In this document: one piece after another, positions 49,176 through 59,271 of the stretch
Layout: every line of letters begins with the position of its first letter
How positions within the stretch are numbered: the first letter of the stretch is position 1
Source: a bacterium
GTDB lineage: Bacteria; Patescibacteriota; Patescibacteriia; 2-01-FULL-39-33
Length of the DNA: 64,000 nt
Assembly: GCA_029558735.1 (NCBI GenBank)
Contig: JAKQDP010000070.1
Location: 42,700-106,699 of the forward strand
Direction: 5' to 3'
Made by a program: the position numbers and the translations under genes
The notes under the pieces: generated by a model
The model's input: the letters and a program-made list of their open reading frames with translations, nothing else
Told to the model about the DNA's origin: nothing
Database searches by the model: none

Positions 49176-49307
49176 AGTTTTTCTCCTTGCTAGTTATCCC
49201 TATCCTTCCCGCAACCACTAATACTACCAAAAATAATAAAAAAAGTCAATCGTCCCACATAGACTTCAACTACCGGCCCCGCTTAAGTAAACTTTGTCCC
49301 AACCGGC

Positions 49308-50249
49308 TCAACTGATACGATTTAATATTTGTTCAATTGCCGCCAAGGTTTCCACCCGCACTAATTCCGAACGCAATTTTTTGGCTTCGGACCAGCCGGC
49401 CACATACCACAAGAGATGCTTTCTTAATTCAACCAAGCCGTGGCTATTTTTGGTGGCCAAGGCCAGCTTGGCATGTCGCAAAATAACTTTTTTAATCTCA
49501 ATTGGCCCAACTGTTTTATATTGACCGGTTTTCAAATAATCCTTTATCTGCTTAAACAGCCAGGGCTGACCATAAAGCCCCCGCGCCAAGCCCAGGCCAT
49601 CAACACCAGTTTGCTCAAGCATCTCCTTGGCCGCTTCCGGCGAAGCAATCCCGCCATTAGCCAAAACAATGCCGCCAAATTCTCGTTTGGCTCTTTTTAT
49701 CATATCCCGATCAACTGGTCCGGAAAAAGGATTTTTAAAATAACGACCATGAACCATCAGGGCGGCAATGGGCAAATCTTTGATATGGGAAATAAAATCA
49801 ACCGCCGTCACCTCATCAATGCCGGCGCGAATTTTTACTGACACCGGCAAAGATGTACCGGCCAAAACCGCCTCAACTATTTGACGACAATTATTCAAAT
49901 CACGCATCAGGGTGACACCACCGCCATGAGCGACCACCTTTTTGGCCGGACAGCCGAAATTAATATCAAGACCGTCAAAACCGGCGGCTTGACAAATAGC
50001 CGCCGCCTTAACAAAAGTGGCCGGCCGTTTGCCAAACAATTGAACGACGATCGGCTTTTCGGCCTTAGAAAATTTCAACAATTCCAAGGTCTTCTTGGAA
50101 TCATAATACAAACCATCGGCCGAGACCATCTCCGTATAGACCACATCAGCGCCATAATGCTTACATAATTGACGAAAAGCCGAATCAGTAACGCCCGCCA
50201 TCGGGGCGAGCGCCAAAATCGGCTTTTTGATTTTTTGCCAAAAATTCAT
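49308..50249 (-). CDS. dusB: tRNA-dihydrouridine synthase
   Basis: LAPMAGVTD, YTEMVS, VQLFG, DINFGCP, VKIR, VHGR, ANGG. Confidence 0.92.
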   Translation of the reverse strand: MNFWQKIKKPILALAPMAGVTDSAFRQLCKHYGADVVYTEMVSADGLYYDSKKTLELLKFSKAEKPIVVQLFGKRPATFVKAAAICQAAGFDGLDINFGCPAKKVVAHGGGVTLMRDLNNCRQIVEAVLAGTSLPVSVKIRAGIDEVTAVDFISHIKDLPIAALMVHGRYFKNPFSGPVDRDMIKRAKREFGGIVLANGGIASPEAAKEMLEQTGVDGLGLARGLYGQPWLFKQIKDYLKTGQYKTVGPIEIKKVILRHAKLALATKNSHGLVELRKHLLWYVAGWSEAKKLRSELVRVETLAAIEQILNRIS

Positions 50250-50728
50250 AAGAAAATATTTCAAGTATTAATTATAAAACTTCATTAATTTTTAGCAATA
50301 TCCTCCATATAAACTGACATCATTTTAATATGGGGAGAAGCAATAACAAAAGAGAGTTTCTAGAACGACACGGACTTCCGGCTTGTTTTTTTTTGGACTG
50401 TTATCGAAAAAATGACTATTTAAAACAAGATGACGACAGTTGACTAATACCTGAACTTAGTTTTAATACAGTAATAAAAAACATCTTCGATTATCAAGGA
50501 TTGAAATCAATAGCCCTGCTAAAATCTAATTAAAGATTAAAACGAGAAAAAAATCAAAAAAAGACAAATAACACACCTTTACCGTCCTTATTCGGACAAT
50601 TTCTTCTTCAATTTATGTATTTTTTATAAATCTATTGACAAAAAAATATAAATATGATATAATAACAAATAGCTAAATATTGTGCTGTAGTCACCCAGTA
50701 CTTAACCTCAGAGATAGGAGAATTTAAC

Positions 50729-50926
50729 ATGGCTAAATCAGAAGAGCAGAAGCAGAGGGAAGAGGAGAGGAAGTACAATGAAGGTTACGAGTCCGCCGTC
50801 AAAGATGGAGGCAGTATGAGTATCGGCGCCTCGATCATGGCTCCCATGTCTGACAGTTGGTGGAAGGGTCGCGAAGACGCCAAGCACGACATTCAGAAGG
50901 GAAAGGCGGAGCGCGGCGAGAAGTAA
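50729..50926 (+). CDS. Stand-alone 65-aa protein
   Basis: TTGACA-17-TATAAT (50635-50663), AGGAG SD, downstream hairpins and terminator GCGGCTTGG...CCGAGCCGCTCTTTT. Confidence 0.75.
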   Translation: MAKSEEQKQREEERKYNEGYESAVKDGGSMSIGASIMAPMSDSWWKGREDAKHDIQKGKAERGEK

Positions 50927-51177
50927 CCGACGAATAATTTGTCGGCAACACCATTCGCGGCTTGGAAATTAATCCGAGCCGCTCTTTTAATTTATTTTAT
51001 TTTTCAAGTCGAGCCAGTTTATCATCAATCTGTGTCAATATCCAGATCAGGGTCAATATCCAGATCGGAGTAAACATACTGGAAGGTGAAAAACACAGCT
51101 AGCTAGTCTCTTGAGAAAAAATACAGACTAGCAAGGGAAATTATTCACCTGTCCACAGCACATGCCATTATAGCTTT

Positions 51178-52578
51178 CTATTTCCTCTTCAACTTGTACC
51201 CATTTTTCTCGTCCTCAATCACATATCCCAACCTTTCTATTTCGCCTCTCAGCTCATCGGATTTGGCCCAGTTTTTTTCCGCTCGAGCCGAGAGCCTGGC
51301 GCGAGCCAATTTTTCCACTGCCAGCGGAATTTTAACCGGTTTCAGTTTGGCCAAATCCAAACCAAATACCTTGTCAAAATCCAAAATAGTAGCTTTCTTG
51401 TCGCTATCCGGCAAATCGGATTTAAGCATTTCCCAACTTACAGCTAAAGCTTGAGGCAAATTGAAGTCATCTTCTATAGCGGCAATGAATTTATCTTTGA
51501 AACCGACGTTTATAACCCCTTTGGCAGGGCTAAAATTCAATACTTCGTTGCGCAGATTATTCAAAGCAGTCTGGGCTCCCAGAAGGGCATCCCAAGTGAA
51601 ATTCTGCTTGCTGCGATAATGGGCCTGCATAAAAAAATAACGCAAAGCCAGAGGATCAAATCCCTTTTCCTTTATTTCTTCCAGATTGTAAGCGGTACCC
51701 TCGGATTTGCTCATTTTGGCGCCGTCAACCGTCAAATGCTCATTATGCAACCAATAATTTACAAACTTTTTTCCGGTAGCGGCCTCGCTTTGGGCGATTT
51801 CATTGGTATGATGCACCGGAATGTGCTCTACTCCGCCCATATGGATATCCATCGTATCTCCCAGATATTTTCGGCTCATAGCCGAGCATTCCAAATGCCA
51901 GCCGGGAAATCCCTGTTTTGTCGGCTGATTGATATTTTTGAATTTGACCGGCCAAGTCTGCAAAGCATTCTTATGGGCGCCCGCTTTGAAAAACCAGACA
52001 GCAAAATCAGCCGGATGCTTTTTGTCTTTATCAGCCACATCTCCCTTTCCGGCCTCGGAAATATTTTTAGACAGGTCTTGTCCGGACAGCTGAGTGTAAT
52101 TTTCAAATTTTGACACGTCAAAATAAATCGCCAAATCAGTGGCATAAGCATAACCCTTATCCACCAACAACTGGACTATTTTGGCCATCTCTTTGATATG
52201 CTTGGTAGCCAACGGTTTTTTCCATGGAGCCAGGCAATTCAAATCATCAACATCAGATTCAAAAGCCCTAATATATTTTTCAGCAATCTGCTTAGGATCT
52301 GATTTTTCCCGCTTGGCAGCCTGAGCCATCTTATCCTCACCTTCGTCTTGATCGCTGGTCAAATGACCAACATCCGTATAATTTCTGACCAGCCGAACTT
52401 TATATCCCAGATATTCTAAAGACCTTACTATCAAATCAGCCAGGACCATCGCCCGCAAATTGCCAATATGTTGCGTCCAATAAACCGTCGGACCGCATTG
52501 ATAAAAAGAGACCACCCTCGGCTTGAGCGATTTGAATTCTTGTTTTGTTTTGGTAAGAGTGTTATTTATTTTCAACAT
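51178..52578 (-). CDS. cysS: Cysteine--tRNA ligase
   Basis: [36 protein letters not shown]. Confidence 0.98.
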   Translation of the reverse strand: MLKINNTLTKTKQEFKSLKPRVVSFYQCGPTVYWTQHIGNLRAMVLADLIVRSLEYLGYKVRLVRNYTDVGHLTSDQDEGEDKMAQAAKREKSDPKQIAEKYIRAFESDVDDLNCLAPWKKPLATKHIKEMAKIVQLLVDKGYAYATDLAIYFDVSKFENYTQLSGQDLSKNISEAGKGDVADKDKKHPADFAVWFFKAGAHKNALQTWPVKFKNINQPTKQGFPGWHLECSAMSRKYLGDTMDIHMGGVEHIPVHHTNEIAQSEAATGKKFVNYWLHNEHLTVDGAKMSKSEGTAYNLEEIKEKGFDPLALRYFFMQAHYRSKQNFTWDALLGAQTALNNLRNEVLNFSPAKGVINVGFKDKFIAAIEDDFNLPQALAVSWEMLKSDLPDSDKKATILDFDKVFGLDLAKLKPVKIPLAVEKLARARLSARAEKNWAKSDELRGEIERLGYVIEDEKNGYKLKRK

Positions 52579-52676
52579 AAATTATAATAATTATTATCTT
52601 AATTCTACGATTATTACCTAATTTTGGCAAGAAACAGGCGGACAAAATAAATTGTCCGCCTAAACTACCGACTTGA

Positions 52677-53078
52677 TTACAACCACAGCAAGGTATTCCG
52701 CTCCGGCTTCATTTCCGCCAACGCGGTCGCAAACTTCCGCGACAGCTTCTGGTGACGCTCCAAATTATCCTCCAAAAATCTAACCAGCCGGGCCTGAATT
52801 GCCTGCCGAAACTCGGCGGCAGTTTGGCCGTTAAGCTGAATCTCCCAGACACAAACCGACGCCGCGCTCAAGGGCCGCGCGCCACAATTGACCGCCTGCA
52901 ACAAAAAAATTTTTTCCGCCGGCTTGATCACGCCAGCCCAAATACAGCCAAAATCCGGCAACTCCATCGTGGCAACTGTCCTAAGCAGGTCCCGATCAAC
53001 CGACTCGGCCAGCGGCTGAACGCTACCTTTGTCCCAATCAATTTTGTTCCCTTGCTCATCAAACAATTCAATCTTCAT
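52677..53078 (-). CDS. Hypothetical protein, 133 aa, downstream of a Leu attenuator
   Basis: AAGGAGG SD before ATG 53078; terminator hairpin AGGCGGACAA...TTGTCCGCCT at 52636-52661. Confidence 0.7.
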   Translation of the reverse strand: MKIELFDEQGNKIDWDKGSVQPLAESVDRDLLRTVATMELPDFGCIWAGVIKPAEKIFLLQAVNCGARPLSAASVCVWEIQLNGQTAAEFRQAIQARLVRFLEDNLERHQKLSRKFATALAEMKPERNTLLWL

Positions 53079-53115
53079 TAAATCGCCCTCCTTATCAAGT
53101 TTGGATCGAAAGAAC

Positions 53116-53294
53116 AAAAAAACCAGACTGCCGTAGTGGAAGTCTGATTAGTGATTACCGCTTGATCTTTAACCGCTAAGCACAAATAAAACTTCCACCC
53201 CGAAATCCGAGTAGCAATAGTCCCAACAACAAGCCTAAATTTTGAGTGAAAGTATTCATATTGTCAGTATAAATTATTTTTCTTTGGCCGTCAA
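53116..53294 (-). promoter_or_regulatory. Leader-peptide transcription attenuator (promoter, Leu-rich leader, antiterminator, terminator)
   Basis: TTGACG-17-TATACT; leader ORF 53176-53259; GGTGGAAGTTT (53189-53199) complementary to terminator arm AGACTTCCACT (53135-53145); terminator with T7 tract at 53116-53149. Confidence 0.75.
53176..53259 (-). CDS. Leucine-rich leader peptide, 27 aa
   Basis: MNTFTQNLGLLLGLLLLGFRGGSFICA; 8 Leu in codons 8-17; ATG 6 nt after the -10 box (leaderless). Confidence 0.7.
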   Translation of the reverse strand: MNTFTQNLGLLLGLLLLGFRGGSFICA

Positions 53295-53338
53295 TTAAAA
53301 AACCGCCGCGAGAATCTTTCCTCACGGCGGCAATGGTT

Positions 53339-53485
53339 CTAAAACTGACGAACGCCTTTGCTTGGCGTCAGTTTGTGGCGGGATTTATTTCCTCGCCGAG
53401 GCTTATTTCTAAGAAGGGGTTTTCCGGGGCTAACACCCAGACTCAATTTTTGAAAAATTCTATAAACAATCCCCTTTTTCTTCAT
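53339..53485 (-). CDS. Stand-alone 48-aa highly basic protein
   Basis: MKKKGIVYRIFQKLSLGVSPGKPLLRNKPRRGNKSRHKLTPSKGVRQF; TTGACA-17-TATAAT (53526-53554), GGGAG SD, terminator 53297-53331. Confidence 0.6.
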   Translation of the reverse strand: MKKKGIVYRIFQKLSLGVSPGKPLLRNKPRRGNKSRHKLTPSKGVRQF

Positions 53486-53581
53486 TTTTTTCTCCCTTTG
53501 ATGATTTTTCTTACCCCTATCTATAATTATAGCATATTTTCAACTTTTTGTCAAAATATCGAAAAAACAAACCAACTCTAT

Positions 53582-54871
53582 TTAACTCCACGGCTTATCC
53601 TGACGAACCAGCAAGTCCTTGGCTTTAAGCGGTTCAGCCATAATTTCCTTGACGATTTTCTCCATTCGCATCCCCTGCGAACCTTTGACTAAAATAAAAT
53701 CGCCGGTCTCAATCCTGTCCTGAATGAAACAGCCGGCCGTCTCAGCATCGGAAAAATTAAAAATGTCTTCCGACCTTAAGCCGAGCTCTTTCGCCTTCTC
53801 GCCAATAAGTCTAGCCCGTTCGCCCACTGTAATCAAGCTGTCTATTTTATTTGCCGCCGCCAGCGCGCCGATATTTTGGTGCGCTTCTACTGTATATTCG
53901 CCCAACTCCAACATATCGCCCAAAACAGCAATTTTTTTACCCAAAACATTAAGTTGGCCCAGTACGGACAGAGCGGCCGCCATTGACTCGGGCCCGGCAT
54001 TATAGCTATCGTCAATAATAAAAGTATTTTTAATACCAGCCAATAAACGCATCCTTCCTTTGGGCGCCTCAAACAGTCGTAAAGCCTCGGATATTTCCAC
54101 CAAATTCATGCCGTTGATTACGCCGACGGCAGCGGCAGCTAAAGCGGCATAAACTAAATGCTCGCCCAAAATATTAGGCAATAACACCGGCACAGTACTG
54201 CCCTGATAAGACAACTTAAAACTTAAACCCGCTACCCGTTCACCACTATCCTTGGAAATAATAATTTCCGACGCCCTAACTTGAGCCTGCTGGCTGGTGA
54301 TACCATATTTGATCACCCGGCCCTTGACTACCTGCTCCATGTCGCAAACATAATGATTGTCGCAGTTTAAAACCGCCCAGCCATTTTTGCCCAAATGAGA
54401 GACCATGACTGATTTTTCCTTGGCAATCCGCTCTAAGGTTTTGAAAAATTCCAAGTGAACCGGGCTAATATTAGTCACTACGCCGATTTGGCAGGGCGCT
54501 AAATCGGTCAGATATTTCATATCCCCCACTCGATCGACTGCCATTTCCAAAACTAAAATCTTGGGATAGTTTTTGTCCCGCCAAGCCAGCAAAACCAAGC
54601 CCCTCATAAAAACTCCGAGCCAGCCCCAGACGGATCGACCGCCCGAACCAGCGCCGATAGTAGTCAGGGGCAAGCCGATTTCATTGTTGTAATTTTTAAT
54701 ATTTTGGCGAACATTAAACTTCAAAGCCAAGACCTTAAAAATAGCCTGCTTGGTGGAAGTTTTGCCAACACTACCGGTAATCCCGATGATTTGGGGCTGG
54801 TACTTTTTGATAATCGCCCGAGCTAATACGGCCAAAGCTTTCTGGACTAATTTTTTTAAAAAATTCTTCAT
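53582..54871 (-). CDS. murF: UDP-N-acetylmuramoyl-tripeptide--D-Ala-D-Ala ligase
   Basis: ITGSVGKTSTK, YNNEIGLP, IDDSYNA, LGDMLELG, LVKGS. Confidence 0.95.
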   Translation of the reverse strand: MKNFLKKLVQKALAVLARAIIKKYQPQIIGITGSVGKTSTKQAIFKVLALKFNVRQNIKNYNNEIGLPLTTIGAGSGGRSVWGWLGVFMRGLVLLAWRDKNYPKILVLEMAVDRVGDMKYLTDLAPCQIGVVTNISPVHLEFFKTLERIAKEKSVMVSHLGKNGWAVLNCDNHYVCDMEQVVKGRVIKYGITSQQAQVRASEIIISKDSGERVAGLSFKLSYQGSTVPVLLPNILGEHLVYAALAAAAVGVINGMNLVEISEALRLFEAPKGRMRLLAGIKNTFIIDDSYNAGPESMAAALSVLGQLNVLGKKIAVLGDMLELGEYTVEAHQNIGALAAANKIDSLITVGERARLIGEKAKELGLRSEDIFNFSDAETAGCFIQDRIETGDFILVKGSQGMRMEKIVKEIMAEPLKAKDLLVRQDKPWS

Positions 54872-54910
54872 CTTTTTTGACTTTCGATTTTAAACTGTCG
54901 ACCTGATGCC

Positions 54911-56800
54911 TTATTTATTGTCATAAGGCACATTATAATACTGCAAAATAAATTTGGCAATCTCTCCAAAGACTGGCGCGGCAGTCAAGGTGGCTTCCTT
55001 GCCCCAACCCGGTTGATTGATTACCACAATCATCGCAAAACGAGGGTTGTTAAACGGCGCAAAACCGACAAAAGAAGTGTTGACCTCCTCAGAATAGCCG
55101 CGACCGTTTGCTTTGGACACTTGGGCAGTCCCAGTCTTGCCGGCCACCCGATAACCAGCCACCTTGGCCGGTTGACCGTGGCCATTTTCCACGACACTGA
55201 CCATCATCGCGCCTAAAACAGCCGCCGTTTTAGAAGAAATCACCTGCCGAATCTCTTCGGGCTGAATAATTTGCATCTCGCCCTGATTATTGGCGATTTT
55301 TTCGACCAGATACGGCTTCATTAATTTGCCCCCATTGGCAATGGCCGCTACCGCTTTGACTACCTGTAACGGGGTGACAGTAATGCCCTGACCGAAAGAA
55401 GCCGTCGCCGGATAGATTTCGCCGCGACGATCCAAATTGGAAATATCACCGGCCGCTTCCGTGTCCAAAGTAATGCCGGTCAGCCGACCAAAATCAAAAT
55501 CTTCCACGTATTTTTTAAACACTTTGGGAGTGGTTTTGCGCATAGCAAAAATCATTCCGGTGTTAATTGATTTTTCCAAGGCCTGAGTCATCGTCTGGCT
55601 GCCGTAAATCTTATCGTCATAATTTTTAATGATGTCACTGCCGATTTTAACACTGCCCGTATCCTCAAAAACCGTACTCGGAGTAACGCTGTTGCTGTCC
55701 AGGGCCGCCGCCAAAGTAATCACTTTAAAAATCGAACCGGGCTCATAGGCGCTAAAAATCGCCGGATTGTTATACACCTTAATGTCGCTGACCTGATTAT
55801 ATTCGGCTGGATTAAAATCCGGCGCGCCGCACATCGCCAAGACCGCTCCGGTCTTGGGTTCCAAAACTATTACTGCGCCACTCTGAGCCTTGAAATAATC
55901 AACTGCCTGATGAATCGCTTGGCAGACTTTGTACTGAATCGCCCGATCAATGGTCAAAATCAGATCCGAACCGTCAACTTTTTCCCGCAAAGAATGACTG
56001 CCAATGGTGATAATATTGCCCCAAGCATCTCGTTCGGAAAAAATTTCGCCAAACTGCCCGGTTAAAATTTCATCAAAATAACCCTCCAAACCATAACTGC
56101 CTTGCCGCGTATCACCCTGAAATCCCCAAAAACCAAAAATATGTCCGCCCATACCCTGTTCCGAATAAAACCGCCAAACCTCCTGCTGAAATTGCAAACC
56201 CTTAATCCCCCACGATTCGATTATCTCTTTGGTTTCCTCATTGATCCGATGACGCAACGGTTCATAGGGGTCGTCAACTTTGGAAAAAATATTTTTCAGC
56301 CTATCAATCTCCAGGGTTTTTTGCGCTTCTCGCCAATCTGCCAATCGTTTGTCTTTGATTTCCTCGGCCAAAACCGGGTCAAGCGTCGGCGCCAAATCGG
56401 CAAACAACTCGCTTTTAACCTGCTCCATATTGATATCCTCGGGCAAGCCAAATAACTCAAACAACTTATTAGCCGTGGCTTCCGGATCAATAATCTCCTT
56501 GGGAACGGCATAAAGCATATATAAATCCTGATTGGCGACCAGAGGAAACAAAACTTCCTGACCGTTAACATTTTCCGCCACATAGATCGAACCGCGCTCC
56601 GGTACAAACCGCCGATGGAGCTCATGTTGGTCCACGGCGGCAGCGGCATAAAAATCACCCATCAATATCTGCACCTTGAATAAACGCAACACCAATAAAA
56701 CCGCAATAAATATAAAAAAAATGGATAGAAATTTAATTCTACCCTGCCCAGCAATTTTTTCGCGGCTGCGTGTATGGGAAAATGACTTACGCCAAACCAT
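54911..56800 (-). CDS. ftsI: Class B penicillin-binding protein (FtsI-type)
   Basis: TM anchor, PERGSIY, EPGSIFK (SxxK), SIN (SxN), KTGTAQ; dcw position. Confidence 0.88.
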   Translation of the reverse strand: MVWRKSFSHTRSREKIAGQGRIKFLSIFFIFIAVLLVLRLFKVQILMGDFYAAAAVDQHELHRRFVPERGSIYVAENVNGQEVLFPLVANQDLYMLYAVPKEIIDPEATANKLFELFGLPEDINMEQVKSELFADLAPTLDPVLAEEIKDKRLADWREAQKTLEIDRLKNIFSKVDDPYEPLRHRINEETKEIIESWGIKGLQFQQEVWRFYSEQGMGGHIFGFWGFQGDTRQGSYGLEGYFDEILTGQFGEIFSERDAWGNIITIGSHSLREKVDGSDLILTIDRAIQYKVCQAIHQAVDYFKAQSGAVIVLEPKTGAVLAMCGAPDFNPAEYNQVSDIKVYNNPAIFSAYEPGSIFKVITLAAALDSNSVTPSTVFEDTGSVKIGSDIIKNYDDKIYGSQTMTQALEKSINTGMIFAMRKTTPKVFKKYVEDFDFGRLTGITLDTEAAGDISNLDRRGEIYPATASFGQGITVTPLQVVKAVAAIANGGKLMKPYLVEKIANNQGEMQIIQPEEIRQVISSKTAAVLGAMMVSVVENGHGQPAKVAGYRVAGKTGTAQVSKANGRGYSEEVNTSFVGFAPFNNPRFAMIVVINQPGWGKEATLTAAPVFGEIAKFILQYYNVPYDNK

Positions 56801-56811
56801 AAGAAAAAAAA

Positions 56812-57183
56812 TTACCTCAAAGCGACCGCCGAACCAACAGCATAAACCGTATCCACTTCAGCAGTAACGACCAAATCCAGACCTTTGACCTGTTCAACCA
56901 TATTAGCCATTGACTTGGCTTCAATATATTTTAAATTTAATTTTTTATTCTCTTCGGTCAATTCGCTGATCCGCTGATTCAATTCCTTTATTTTATAACC
57001 CTTGGTGGCGGAGATATTAGTCTGAACCAAGTACCAAAAACCAACTGCCAACGTAATTGCCACTAAAGTGATCGACGCCAACCGCCAATTAAATAAAGTC
57101 AGAAAAAACCCGCTTATTCTCTTTCTCCGATTCAATTCCGGAAAGTGATGGTTGCGTTTTTCTTGTGTCCAATTTTTACACAT
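56812..57183 (-). CDS. FtsL-like cell division protein
   Basis: Basic N-terminus, single TM, coiled coil; lies between rsmH and the PBP. Confidence 0.7.
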   Translation of the reverse strand: MCKNWTQEKRNHHFPELNRRKRISGFFLTLFNWRLASITLVAITLAVGFWYLVQTNISATKGYKIKELNQRISELTEENKKLNLKYIEAKSMANMVEQVKGLDLVVTAEVDTVYAVGSAVALR

Positions 57184-57198
57184 ATTAATCTGCTTTAT

Positions 57199-58089
57199 CT
57201 AATTAATTATTTTTTCCGCCACCCGCAATTTGGCGCTGCGACTGCGCGGATTATTTTTGATTTCACTGGCCGTAGCCGAAACCGGCTTCTTGGTAATAAT
57301 TTTAATCACCGGCCGCGCCAGTTTTTCCATTTTCCGAAAAAAATGCTTCACAATCCTGTCTTCGCCGGAATGAAAGGCTATAACCGCCAAGCGGCCACCC
57401 GGCTTTAAGGCGTCAATCGCCTCAGGCAGCGCTTGCTCTAGATTGGCAAACTCATCATTAACCGCTATGCGCAAGGCCTGGAAAACTTTAGTGGCCGGAT
57501 TCTTGAATGATCGCCCCTTAAAGTAACGAGCATAGACTTTCGCTACTGTTTCCGCCAACACTGGCGCTGTTTTAATCGGATGTCCACTCTGACGCAAATT
57601 AATTATTTCTCGAGCAATTGGCCGGGCTAATCGCTCCTCGCCGTACTGAAAAAAAATATTGTTCAATTGCTCTTCGCCACAATCAGCCAAAAGTTGAGCC
57701 GCGGTTGGCCGATTAGAAACAGGATTAAACCGCAAATCCAAATCGCCCCCCTGAAAACTAAACCCCCGATTACCGGCGCCGAGCTGGTCCGACGACAAGC
57801 CCAAATCCAGCAAAATACCGTCAACCTTATCAATCCCCGCTTCAGCCAATATTTTTTTTAAATTTTTATAATTATCATTAACCAGAATCAAATTATCGCC
57901 AACGCTATTTTGAACTACAGTCGGGTCCCAATCAATACCGACCACTCGACCAGTAGGCTTAACCCGCTCTAAAATCGCCAAACTATGCCCACCACCGCCA
58001 AAAGTGCCGTCCACAAACACTTGATTGGGCTGGGGATTTAACAGAGATAACACCTCTCTCAATAATACCGGCTGATGAATAGTAGTCAT
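57199..58089 (-). CDS. rsmH: 16S rRNA m4C1402 methyltransferase
   Basis: HQPVL, DGTFGGGGHS, DLGLSS, FQALRIAVN, FHSGEDRIVK, NPRSRSAKLR. Confidence 0.97.
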   Translation of the reverse strand: MTTIHQPVLLREVLSLLNPQPNQVFVDGTFGGGGHSLAILERVKPTGRVVGIDWDPTVVQNSVGDNLILVNDNYKNLKKILAEAGIDKVDGILLDLGLSSDQLGAGNRGFSFQGGDLDLRFNPVSNRPTAAQLLADCGEEQLNNIFFQYGEERLARPIAREIINLRQSGHPIKTAPVLAETVAKVYARYFKGRSFKNPATKVFQALRIAVNDEFANLEQALPEAIDALKPGGRLAVIAFHSGEDRIVKHFFRKMEKLARPVIKIITKKPVSATASEIKNNPRSRSAKLRVAEKIIN

Positions 58090-58126
58090 AAAACTGCTTG
58101 AAAAACCAAGCGACGACTAAGCGTCC

Positions 58127-58555
58127 TTAGACCCCCAAACCGCTGAGGGTTTCCGCTATCTCATTAGAATTCTTCTCGGTTTCGGCGTTATATTTCGCCC
58201 AACTGGCAGCATCCCAAATTTCCAAACGATTATATAAACCGGTGATAGTAATGTTTTTTTTCAAGCCGGCAAAATTTCTAAGGTATTCCGGCACGATAAT
58301 CCGACCCTGTTTATCAATTTCCACATCCATAGCGCCACCCAATAAATTACGGTTAAAAGCGCGATTATTGGTTTTGCTAAAATCCAAAGCGGAAACTTTT
58401 TCAGCCAATTTTTCAAATTCCTTTTTAGGATATAAGAACAAACAGTTATCCAACCCTTTAGTCACAACGGCTTTTTTGAGTTCGCCCCGAAACTTAGCTG
58501 GAATGGCCAACCGTCCCTTGGCATCAAGATTGTGTGAATATTGACCGACAAACAT
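58127..58555 (-). CDS. mraZ: Transcriptional repressor MraZ
   Basis: MFVGQY, DAKGRLAIP and DKQGRIIVP repeats, LEIWD. Confidence 0.96.
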   Translation of the reverse strand: MFVGQYSHNLDAKGRLAIPAKFRGELKKAVVTKGLDNCLFLYPKKEFEKLAEKVSALDFSKTNNRAFNRNLLGGAMDVEIDKQGRIIVPEYLRNFAGLKKNITITGLYNRLEIWDAASWAKYNAETEKNSNEIAETLSGLGV

Positions 58556-58704
58556 TGATTTGTTGTTAATCCTGGCCCGGCAGGGCGATTTATCCGCCCC
58601 GCCGGCTTTATTTTGAGGCCTATTAATGACCAGCAAAGAGAGAAACAGGCCGACAAGCATGGCAAAGATTTGACAAGATATTCTGATTTATATCCTTTTC
58701 ATCC

Positions 58705-58771
58705 ACTTTAAGAACAGTTTATCCCCACTTTTCCCCACTTTTCACCTTATATGTTTAATTATACTCCACTT
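58705..58771 (-). promoter_or_regulatory. mraZ promoter region with MraZ-box-like GTGG(G) repeats
   Basis: Minus strand AAGTGGAG-TATAAT...AAGGTGAAAAGTGGGGAAAAGTGGGG...AAGTGG, 10-nt periodicity. Confidence 0.7.
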
Positions 58772-58872
58772 AAATCCAAGCGTCAACACTGGATAACTTT
58801 TTATTAACAACAAAAAAAGACCAATTAAGGCCATTTTCAAGCAACCCCGAATTAATAATGGGGATAAAAATT

Positions 58873-59271
58873 TTAGCCGATATTCGGCTCCCGACCATAA
58901 GCCGGAAGAAGAGGAATAAATTTTTTTCTTCGCTTCAGACGGCTGATTGTTTTATTCACCAATTCTGCATCATAATTAAATTCTGTTGCTGTCAAGCCCA
59001 CAATGGGCAGTTTTCGAGCGTAAGCCAGAGCATTGGCAACGGCAATGCCAATCCGCAAATTAGTAAAACCGCCCGGACCAATAACCGCGGCCAAGCCGCG
59101 TAACTGGCCTAGTTTAACTCCGTTTTGGCGCAAAAAAACATCCAATTCTCGCAACAACTGATCAGTCGCCCGATTGTCAATGGTGATTTGTTTAATTTTA
59201 AAATTATCCCCACTCCGCGCGAGGATTATTTTGAGGCGATTATCACCCGAACTATCAATAATTAATACCAT
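58873..59271 (-). CDS. tsaB: t6A biosynthesis protein TsaB (short form)
   Basis: LIIDSS, GPGGFTNLRIGIAVANAL, PAYGREPNI. Confidence 0.88.
   Translation of the reverse strand: MVLIIDSSGDNRLKIILARSGDNFKIKQITIDNRATDQLLRELDVFLRQNGVKLGQLRGLAAVIGPGGFTNLRIGIAVANALAYARKLPIVGLTATEFNYDAELVNKTISRLKRRKKFIPLLPAYGREPNIG

Noticed and set aside
50997-51165. 15-bp direct repeat (GTCAATATCCAGATC x2), nearby stems and a 26-codon minus-strand ORF (MFTPIWILTLIWILTQIDDKLARLEK)
   Set aside because: No SD or promoter, and stops in upstream frames; most likely a decayed gene remnant
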